Positions 53,315 to 64,000 of a stretch of 64,000 nucleotides of DNA are shown piece by piece. This DNA is from Heterodontus francisci (taxonomy: Eukaryota). Both the position numbers and the translations under genes were made by a program. The stretch lies in contig NC_090391.1 of NCBI RefSeq assembly GCF_036365525.1, positions 85,944,085 through 86,008,084 on the forward strand. The letters run 5' to 3'. The first letter of the stretch is position 1. The number at the start of each line of letters is the position of its first letter. The notes beneath the pieces are model-generated. The model was not told the DNA's origin. It saw only the letters and a program-made list of their open reading frames with translations, and ran no database searches.

Positions 53315-53954
53315 TACATTACTGTTTGATTGAAGACTTCTGGTTGATCAGCATACACATAATAGCCAGCACCTCGAATAGCCGACAAATCAAAACAAAA
53401 CATATATGTTAACATTGACAAAGCATGTTGAACAATTTCCAGCATTGACATTTAATACAATTTTGCATGAAGTTACCTATCACTTTTTTTAAAGAAAAAT
53501 ATTCTTAGCCTAGATTATTTGATGTCATGGATGAATCTCAAACCTCCAAAGCTTTCAGAGTGTCCATCTATCTTTGACATCTTTGTAAGTTTTTGTAGCA
53601 CTGTCAGATAAACAATCTGTTTCAGCTGGTTGAAAGATTGTTTAAAAGATGAAGATTGGAGCACAATGTCAGTGATTGTTTGGTCATGAGTTAAACAGAA
53701 ACCCATGGAGTTGTTTCCACACTGTACCAGTATCTGTATTGCTTAAACTAAACACAGCGATTGCCCGAAGGCTCAGTAAATATCATTATACATTATGTAA
53801 ACTACTGCTTTACAGGTTGAAAAACTTGCTGCAAGTTTATCCAGTGAGCAGCTGAAATGCAGAGAGCAGGAAGGTCCTGAATGAATAATTATCATAAAAT
53901 GATTATAAAATATACAGTATTTATATAAAAACATTAAACTGTTCACTGTTAGGA

Positions 53955-54284
53955 ATCGAGTGAACACACACACCAACAACCCGACCGAACAACAGCGGAC
54001 CCGACTCAACCCTTCTTCACCCCCAACCGGCAAAAAGCTGCAGCGCATGCGTGATGACAGTAACGGCACAGGCTCACTGCGCAGACTCAATTCCGACCCG
54101 GACTCCCAGCTCCGGTCGGTTTTTTTTTATTTCAATACTGACCAGCAGAGACTGACCGAGTGTGTCCGACCCGAACCCGAACTGGACCCGAGCCCGAAAG
54201 CCGGAGCCACAAGCTGGGCCCGAGCCGTGGCGGACACATTTGCTAACGTCCCGCTCGGGTTGGACTCGGGTATCCAGGCCTCTA
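53955..54284 (-). mobile_element. Probable hAT transposon end (mirror copy)
   Basis: ccgacccgaacccga repeats; ends in caggcctcta. Confidence 0.5.
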
Positions 54285-54409
54285 GTGTCCATTCAACACA
54301 GTCCCCGACTCCCGCTGAACTTCCCCGCTATTCAATGTTAATCTCTGAACACATCTGCAGACTCGCTCCCAAACCTGGTGTTGCTGCTGGAAGCACATGT
54401 TGTTTGTTC

Positions 54410-54575
54410 ACTTACCCCGGGACCCGGATGTCTCCATTCGCAGCTGATTGAAACAATCTTCCGCTCACTCACTGAATGACGCTCAGAGACAGTGTTGGGG
54501 GAAGTGGAGCGCATGCGCGCTTCTTTTCATGATGACGTCTCCAGTGGGCGGGGCTATACTGCGCGTGCGCAGCTC
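54410..54575 (-). promoter_or_regulatory. Orphan NRF1/GC-box/CRE cassette with donor (mirror copy)
   Basis: acttacc, GCGCATGCGC, tgacgtc, gggcgggg, gcgcgtgcgc. Confidence 0.55.
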
Positions 54576-57500
54576 TCTGCAACGAAAATAAATGGGGGCT
54601 TTCCCCATTTCACCCTCATCAATGTGTGAACAATGAAACTGAACATGGGGTTAGGGTGGAGGGAGGGTGGGGAGGGGTGGAGGGAATCTATAACCTAGAA
54701 AGCCGGGAGCTGATCCCATTTAGATGTTCAAATTGCCGTCTCCCCCTGCAGGCTGTTTGTTATTATTGAGGCCCTCCTCTCAAAACAATCCGACAGAAAC
54801 ATGGGAGGAAGGAGGAAGTCGGTGTGTTTGGTGGGAACTTGTAGAATTCATTTCAATCAGCAAAGGTTTGTCTAACCGGAGTGAAACCCGCTATCAATGT
54901 GAGTAATACCGAATGGCGGAACTTCATCATTGCATTCCAAACAAGAGAGACACGGAGCTGCCACGATTATACCGGACACACAAACACATAAATAGAACCC
55001 GTCCCAGAGTTTCAGCTCCCGGTTGTTAAATGTCCTCATGTACACAGTCTTTGCGGTGAATTTTCAGGGATCAGCTGCCGATTTCTACTCCTGTATCCCT
55101 GAAACGCTCGGAGTCAGGCGATCCTCGAACTCCCTGTTGAAAGATTTATGGACAGGAATTTTTCCAGCCTTTGGTCCAGTCGATCATAACCTGCTGTTCA
55201 ATCATAGTATTATTCAAACAATTAATGTGAAATTCTGTTCACCACTCAGGCCTTGAACTCGGTTTGAGCAGATCAACTACTGAAAGATTCAGCATCTTTC
55301 CAGATGTAGCAGCCAGAGCTGGATCGAGGGACTCAGGGTTTAATCCTGCACACACACAGCAGAAGGAGTGACAGTCACACAGGGATGGGAACTGGTATCG
55401 TTTCTGTTGCCTTCTCACTCAACAGGCAGAGTTTGAGACTGATAAAACATCCAACCCACTGCAATTCAGTACTGGAGAAATACAGAGGCTCTTCCACTCC
55501 ATCCTTCCCTCCCATACACACGGCAGATTGACAGCACAAGGCCTTTCAGGTATAATTTCCGTGACCAAGAGTTTCACTCCGATTATATTAAACAGATATT
55601 TATTCTTCATCCTGGAAATACTCGGACTCACTCTTACACCTCGACCAGAGCATTTTGGCCAAATGAGGAGCCGCCCCTGCACCCACTCCCCTGCCTTTGT
55701 CAGACAACCTTCCAGTCTCAGCGTCACACAAGTTACCAATAATTTGCTTTTGATCAATATGACTCAAAGATTGTTTGCAGCGCCAATCACTTCAATAATA
55801 ATGGCAGTGATTTGTACAAATATCCCATATCCTCGACATCACCATAATTCCAACCAGGCAGAATAGTGAAAGTGCAGGTAAAAAAAGAAAAATGTTTGCA
55901 AGAGATTATAAGGAAATATTAATGAGTAACAACAGAGAGAAACAAAAATCATTGATAAATATACAAAAATACAAAATGATGGTGCAAGAAATTGCGGACC
56001 ATTTAGGGATAAAGAAAGGAAATCTCCTTGTGTTGGAAAAGGTAATGAGAGCGTTATATGTCTGTTCACAAAAGCAAGGATGAAGTTAATGTCCCGGTAG
56101 AGGAGGGGTACAGAGATATTGGATAGAATGAAAATAGACAGAAAGGAGGTTCTCAATAGATTGGGATCACTTCACGTTAATGAGTCCAGATAGAAAGCAT
56201 CTCAGATTACTGATGCAGATAACAGAAATCCTGACGATAATGTTTGGATATTGAAGTAGATCCAGTTGCCTGAAACAGTGCAAATGTTACAGTCCTGTTC
56301 TAGAAACGGGAAGGAAAATGCTGGTGACTACAGACCAATTAATTTTATCATCAGTGGTCGAAAACAATTGGAAACAAGTGTCAAGGATCAAATGAACTTC
56401 AACTTGAAGAATGATGAGTTAATAAGGGACAAGCACTACCGATTTGCTAAGGACAAATCATGTGTGACTAACCTGATTGAATTCTTGGGGTTGACTTTGC
56501 TGAAGGTAGTACTGTAGATATTGGATATCAGCTTTTTGAAAGGCATTCGATCAAGTAGTACATAACAGAGTTACACAGAAATTAGAAGTTCATGTTAAGT
56601 ATTGATACTGGTATGCTGAGATGGTAGTTGGCTAAAGGATCGGAGACAGAGTGTAGTAGTGAACTGATGTTTTTTTAATGTGAAGAAGTATGCAGTCGGC
56701 TGACACAAAAACCTTTATTAACAACATTGCTTTCAAGGGACCATAATTTGGAAGTTTGAGGAGGACAAAATACGCAGCAATGTATGTAAATAGTAAAGAG
56801 CTGTAAGTTTCAGGTAGATGTTACCTGAAAAGAGGTGAGACAGAGAATACCCAACCCGTCTCACCTTGAGATTCTGGACCAAGATGGACACTACGAGGTA
56901 CAGAGTCAAGTTCTGTGATCAAGTCAGAGAGTTTATTAGGCTTAACTAAGATGCACAAAGTCAATCCTTAGCAACAACAGTAAGTATACAGTAACACTCA
57001 GTACTTGTTCATGTTTCTGAGATTGCTGGGGCTTGTACTTCTCTCCTTCTTCTTCTCTTGCTGTGTTGACCATAGTCTATCTTCTCCTTCTAAGTGTGCC
57101 AACAATGTTCTGTTCACCCCTTGCTAAGTGTATCGATTACATCCCCTATCACCCTTTCTTTTACCATATTAAGTTCTGAATTGTTCCGAGTATCCTAATT
57201 GGTTCAATCTATACACTTTTCAGATGCTTCCTGTGTCTTTCACATTTAGCAAGGATCCTTGTGTTCCTGGTTCTCGTCTCTCTCATAAGGGGAAACATCC
57301 TCTCAGTGTCCACCCTACCAAGTGCTCTCAAGATCTTATGTATTTCAATAAGATCACTTCTCATTCTCCTTAACTCCAATGGATACAGGCCAACCTGTCC
57401 AACCAATTCCCAGAAGATAACCCCTTCATCCCAGCGATCAGTCGAGTGAACGTTCTCTGAACTGCTTCTAATGCAATTTCTGTGCTTTCATCAGTAAGGA

Positions 57501-58014
57501 GACCAAAACTACACAGCATTACAGATGCAGTCTCACCAATACCCTGGACAACTGTAGCAAATCTTCCTTACTTTAATAGTCCATTCCCCTTGCAATAACT
57601 GACATCATTCCATTTGTCTTCCTAAACTCATGCTGTCCGTGCATACTAACTTTTTGTGATTCATGCAACAGGATACCCAACTCTGTCGCGTTGTTTTACT
57701 GTATGTTTCAGTTCCATGTTGATTCAGCGCGTTATGAATGAAACGGCTGCAAGTGATAATGTATTCGTGAGGGCCGAGTCAAACCGAGGTGTAAGACAGT
57801 GGGGGATCACGGACGAAATAAATGAAGCTGCAAGGAATCAGATTTCATAATTCTTCCCGCCAAATTAGGGTTTTTTAAAACTTTGCCTTGTTTTGCTATC
57901 TGAAATTGGCGGGCTTTTTGAGTTCGATGACATTTCAGCTACATTTCAACCAATCAGAGAGGGGCATTTCCCGCCGCCCTTTTCCTTCCCAGAGCTGGTT
58001 TCAAACTTGACTGA

Positions 58015-58539
<525 letters not shown>

Positions 58540-58880
58540 TCTCACCCTGCCCCGAACTGAGTTTGGCATCAAATAGCACAACGGCTCTTTTAAGAGCCAC
58601 CAAATCGGCAAAACAAAGAGCTGCGATCACCTGTTATCAGAGAAATGTGGTCCAGAGCAGCGATACCAATATGCACTGATCATTTTATTAGAGGGGCGAT
58701 CATTTGAGGACTCAACAAAAGCTTTATTTGTGCAGAAACGCTGGAATTGTTAAAATGCCTTGTCAAATATCTCCAGTGGCAAGCGGCTAAATCCCGAATC
58801 ATACCAACACAAAGCAGCGCTTGCATTATAAAATTGCCGTCTCTCAGACAGGTACCAGCCCTTTCACAGATAAAGTGGGT

Positions 58881-59162
58881 GTCTCTGAAAAGAGCCTTTG
58901 GGCCAGCTGGAGTTGTCTGGGGATGATGCGGGTCTTCTTGTTGTCCCGGGCCGCGTTGCCGGCCAGCTCGAGGATTTCAGCTGTCAGAGACTCGAGCAGA
59001 GCAGCCAGATAGACCGGGGTTCTGGCACCCACACGCTCAGCAGAGTTCCCTATTTCTCAGGAGCCAGTGAACGCGGCCCACCGCGAACTGCAATCCAACC
59101 CAGGAGTAATGAGACTTGGCCTTGCCCCGAGCTTTGCCACCGGTCTTCCCTCTTCCAGACAC
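58881..59162 (-). pseudogene. H2A: Histone H2A pseudogene (ATG>GTG; same insertion and 3' deletion as the 24041 copy)
   Basis: [39 protein letters not shown] joined directly to a mismatched stem-loop. Confidence 0.93.
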
Positions 59163-59869
59163 TATTTTTCCCCCCCAAAAATATACTTTATTCACAAAAA
59201 TCTATAAAAACTACATTACAAAACAGTTGAGGAAGAATGATCAAATCCGCACACTTATCCCTTCTGGATGAATGATCGTGAGGACACTGGTGATTGGTCA
59301 CTCTGTGCAGCTTCTCATTGTGTTGTTCATGTTACCAATCAGATAGTTGCTTAGTTCACCAATCCAGAGACATCACGTTAATAAGGCGGAAAATAACCGC
59401 GCCGGATTGGCAGACTCCAAACCGTTTCTTTTTCAAATTTGAAAAGCCCACCAACAGATTTCTAAAACAAGGAGCGGCTTCACTGCATATCAAGTTAATA
59501 GATCATATAGCCTTACGACAGGGATGTAAACATATCCCCCATATTGTATTATTTCACATTTTCTCACAAGTTCCAGATTCGCTTTTCCAATCCGGCATCT
59601 ATTCAGATTCATTCTCTGTCCAGTTTTGAAACAGTCTGTAACCGGCAGGCAAAAAGCCTCATTCACAGCATTCTGTAACCGGATACATTTCAGATCAATG
59701 TTAAAAAAAACACATCACACATTATAAATTGGTCCCGATTCGTGGGAGACAAAAGCGGAGTGTAGATTTTCAGTGTGTGGTGTTAAAGATTGAGACTGAG
59801 GGTTCCTGCACCACCGGGGTTTCTGAATAATGATGGGAGTCTGGGCCTTTCTCTTTGTTAGTGTCCGAT

Positions 59870-62800
59870 ATGTGAATTTGGAGTTTAATCTGTGCCTGTC
59901 AGTTTCTGCTCTGGAAGGTTGTTTGATTTTCCCTCTGTACATGTTAGTCAGTAATATGTTTGTGTAGCTTTACACTGCACATGTTAACTGATGACAGGTG
60001 AGTCTGGTTTTCACTCGACATGTCAGTCTCTGGTTTGGAGGCCTCGACTATATTCTGTACCTATCAAACATCTATATATGAGGGTGGGTTTTAACCAGTT
60101 CCTTTCAATCTATTTTATGTCAGTGCTGTTTATTATCTGTATCTGTAAGTTTCTGATGAATGAATGTGGTCGGAATCGCATCCGAGCCATTGATCATTAA
60201 GAGTTATTTTGCACTGTAACTGCCAGTATCTGATATGTGAGTGTGGGTTGTGATCTGCATCTGCCCGTTTCTGGTATGTGACATGAGCATTGTTTTTGCT
60301 CTGTGTTTTAGCCTCACGTGTCAGAAGCTGGGTTTAATTGAACATCTCACTCTCTGCTGTATGATTCTGGATTTTCATCAGTAAAGTTATTATCTGAGAT
60401 GGGCATGTGAATTTTATTCTGTGTGCCAATTTCTGGGATGTGTGTGTGTGTTCTTTCTGTTCCTGTCAGTTTCTGACATGTGAATATGGATTTTCCTCTG
60501 TTCTGGTCAGTTACTGCAATGTAAGTCGCTCCTTTATTCTGTGCCTGTCAGTTTCTGGTCTGGAAGAAAGATTTTTATTCTTTACCTTTTATATTCTGGC
60601 AAGTGAATGTGAGATCACCCTCTATCTGTCAGTTTGTGACATGTTACTGTGTCTTTTACTCTTCACCTGTCAGTTTCTGATATGTGAATGTGGATTTTAT
60701 TCTGTATCTGTCAGTTACTACAAAGCAAGTATGTATTTTATTCTGCACCTGTTTGTTTCTTGGAATTGATCGGAGCTTTTAATCTATATCTGTCAGCCTC
60801 TGGAATGTGAATGTTGCTATTACTCTGTGTCTCTCTGTGCCAGATTTGTCAGCAAGTATTTAACTTTCCCTTTCTGTTCCTGGCATATGAATGTGGATTT
60901 TACTATGTATCTCTCAGTTACTGGTATGTGATTGTGGGTTTTATTCTGTATCCACAAGCCTATGATCAGTGATTGTGACTTGTGTCCTAGGCCTGTCACT
61001 ATCTTGTTTCGTATGTCCATTATTCTGTGCATGTTACTTTACGGGAAATGACTGCAGGATTTATTCTTTTCCTGCCATATTACCACTATGGCTTCAAAAG
61101 CTGGTCAGAAGCCGGATATTCTGTGGTTAGTAACTCATGTCCTAACTCCTTAAAGACTTTCCACCACCTACAAGCCACAAGTCAGAAGTCTGATGGATTA
61201 CTCCCCAGTTGCCTGGATGTGTGCACCCCAAACAACACTCAAGAAACTCTATGCCATCCAGGACAAAGCAGCAGGCTTGATTGGCTTACCATTCACCAGA
61301 TTAATCATTTACTCCCTCCACCACCAGTGCACAGTGTGTACTATCTACAAGATATACTGCATCAACCTGAGGAAGCACCATGAAACAGCACCTTCCAAAC
61401 CCCCGACGTCTGCTACCAAGTAGAACATGGGCAGCAAATGTATGAGAACATTACCACCTGCAAGTTCATCTCCAGTTCATATGTCATCCTGACTTGAAAA
61501 TGTAACACCATTCCTGCATCATCATTCAGTCCAAATTCTGCAACTCCCTACCTAACACCACTTTGGGTGTACCTACACTACAAAGACTGGAGGGAGCAAG
61601 AAGGCCACTCGACACCATCTTCTAAAGGGCAATGAGAGATGGACAACAATTACTCTCCTTTCTACAGATGCTCACATCCCATAAACATACACTTCAAATA
61701 ATCATAAAGGTGTGTATATGAATGACATTTGTTCTGTATCTGTTCATCACTGGTACAGTATGAGTGTGGAAGTCATTCTCCATCTGTCTCTCTGAAAGAC
61801 AGGATCTGTTTGTTAATAATTATGGAACAATGAAGGAACTCTTACACATCTCGATCTGTCCAACTATCTGTCCCTCTTTGTATGGTATGAGAGTGAAGGA
61901 TTTATTCTTTATCTCAGAATGTGGAATGTGACTGTGGGTTTTTCTCTGTATCTGTCAATTACTGATAAACAGATGTGGGTTTTCCACTGTACCTGTCTAC
62001 TTCTGATGTGAGTGTGATTTTAACTCTTTTCTGTCAGTATCCGATGTATGAGCACGTGCTTCAATCTAGCTGCCAACTTCTGATGTGAGTGTGGGTTTTA
62101 TTATGTATCTATCAGCTTCTGGTATGTATGTGTTGGTTTTGTCATGTACCTGTCAGTTTCTGCTGAAGTGAACAGTGGTTTTGGTTTGAATATCTCACGA
62201 TCTGTTATGTGAGAATGAGTATTGTTTTGTCCTTGTCAATTTCTGGAATAGCAGAAAGCTCTTTACATTGCACATAGTACAAAGCAAAATACTGTGAATG
62301 CTGGAATTTAAAAACAGAAAATGCTGTAAACACTCAGCAGGCCTGCCAACATCTGTGGAGACAGAAACAGAGTTCACCTTTCAGGTCAATGGCCTTTCAT
62401 CATTGATCTGAAATGTGAACAGTCTCCCTCTCTCCACAGGTGCTGCCAGACTTGCAGAGTATTTCCAGCATTTTCTGTTTTCATTTACACTGTACCTTCT
62501 TTATTCTGGCGAGTGAATGTGGGATCACTCTTCACCCTTTCATTTCTGATGTGTGAATGTGGATTTTACCCAGCGTGTTGTCATTTACTGCAATGCAAAT
62601 ATCTGTTTTATTCTGTACCTTTTTCTTTGTGGTAAATGATTGTGGATTTTAACCTGCATCTGTCAGTCTCTGTAATGTGAATGCTGCTATTACTCTGTAT
62701 TTGTCTGTTCATGATTTGTTAGTATATGTTTTACTTTCCCTGTCTGTTTCTGGCATCTGAATGTGGATTTTACTGTGTACCTCTGAGTTACTTTATGTCT

Positions 62801-64000
62801 ATGTGGGTTTTATTCTGTCTCTGCATGTCTCTGGTGAGTGTAACGTTTTCCCTGTACCTATCAATATCACACTTGTCAGTGTGGCCATTATTCTGTACCT
62901 GTTGCTTTATGGTAGCGCTTTTCCTGTCAATCTCTGATATGCTACTATACATTTTATTCTGTACTTGTCAGATTCTGTGATGTGATATTGTTTTTCTCTG
63001 TCTATGTGTGTCTGGTATGTCATTATCAGTTTTACTGTGTACCTATTAGCTTCTGGTATTTGAGTATGAGGCTCACATTGTGCATTTCAATTTGTTCTGT
63101 GAATCTACTTCGGCCTTGAACTGACAGTTTCTATTCTGTGACTGTACATTTAAAGGATGATTGTTAATTTCTGCTCAATAGGTGTTCATTTAACTCTGTT
63201 CATGTCAGTCTCTGCAGTGGGAATTTGTGATTTATGCTGAAACTGCCATTTGTTTATCTTGATGGTATGCTCAATCCTGTTCCTGTCAGTCTCTGTTTTT
63301 AAGGTTTTTTTCTGAGTATTAGTCAGTCTCTGACGTGTGAGTGTGGGATTTCCTTTGTGTCTGTAAGTTTTTAATGTGAATGAGAGGTTTTTAAATCGGT
63401 ACATGGCAATTCCTGAAAAACGAGCATGGGTTTTACTCTGTAACCCTCATACTCTGGTATTTGTGTTTGTGTCTTTTTCTTCTCATTACCTGTCTGTTTC
63501 TGAAAAGTTGGTTTGAATTTTACTTTGTACCAGTTACATACTGATCCCTGTTTGTGGGGCTTACTCTGCACCTCTCACTTTCTTATGTGATTCAGATTTA
63601 TATCTGTACCAGTCAAACTCTGGTATTTGCATCTAGATTTTACTCCACATCAGTCTAACTCAGAATCGTGAGTGTTGTTTTTTTACCTTGTTTCCTTTGT
63701 ACTTTGCAGTATGGAACTGTAATTGTCACTTTCTGGTATTTGTGTGTAGCTTTTCTTTCATGTCTCTCAGTCTCTGTTGTGTTTTTCCGTATTGTGGGTG
63801 AGTGGGTTTGCTTCATGCCTGTCAGTTTCTATATGTTAGTGCAGTTATATTTTCTAGTGGGTGAGTGTTTTTTCACTTCTTTTGCTGTATTATTCAGTTC
63901 CTTGGATACGGGTGTAAGTTTCACTCGATATCTCTTAATCCCTAGTCTATAGTTTATCTCTGTCAGTTTCTGATTTTGAGTGTGGGTTTATCTGTACCTG
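59870..64000. repeat. Ancient degenerate 41-mer-related array (mirror copy)
   Basis: Recurrent ttttattctgtacctgtcagtttctggtatgtgaatgtgg. Confidence 0.85.
61085..61682 (+). mobile_element. Old LINE 3' fragment (mirror copy)
   Basis: MDYSPVAWMCAPQTTLKKLYAIQDKAAGLIG. Confidence 0.7.

Overview
Eukaryotic (vertebrate) genomic DNA. The repeat content (HE1-type tRNA SINEs, CR1 and RTE LINE pieces, Penelope-like termini) points to a shark, which is an inference. The window is a decaying replication-dependent histone/tRNA cluster built from segmental duplications. Arm A (~7044-16990) recurs inverted as A' (~31995-41931). Arm B (~19231-29873 plus a 40-bp satellite) recurs inverted as B' (~52356-64000), giving an interleaved A-B-A'-B' order. 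A mosaic of direct and inverted copies of 1-6283 fills ~41931-52300. Histone content: four full-length H3.2-type ORFs, each with 5-7 private missense changes; one full-length but mutated H4 and one frameshifted H4; two H1 genes with independent frameshifts into the same frame; four deletion-truncated H2A copies; and H2B only as remnants (a 3'-end fragment and a CDS-less promoter/3'-end 'ghost', two copies each). There are also tRNA-Gly(TCC) and tRNA-Ser(GCT) pseudogenes, 41-bp and 40-bp tandem arrays, kilobases of ancient degenerate 41-mer, six orphan NRF1-type promoter cassettes and hAT transposon remnants. No histone gene is clearly wild-type. Boundaries of repeats and duplications were set by eye and are approximate. 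I found no securely new biological system. The best candidates are the interleaved inversion architecture and the truncated histone units that keep their promoters and 3' processing signals.
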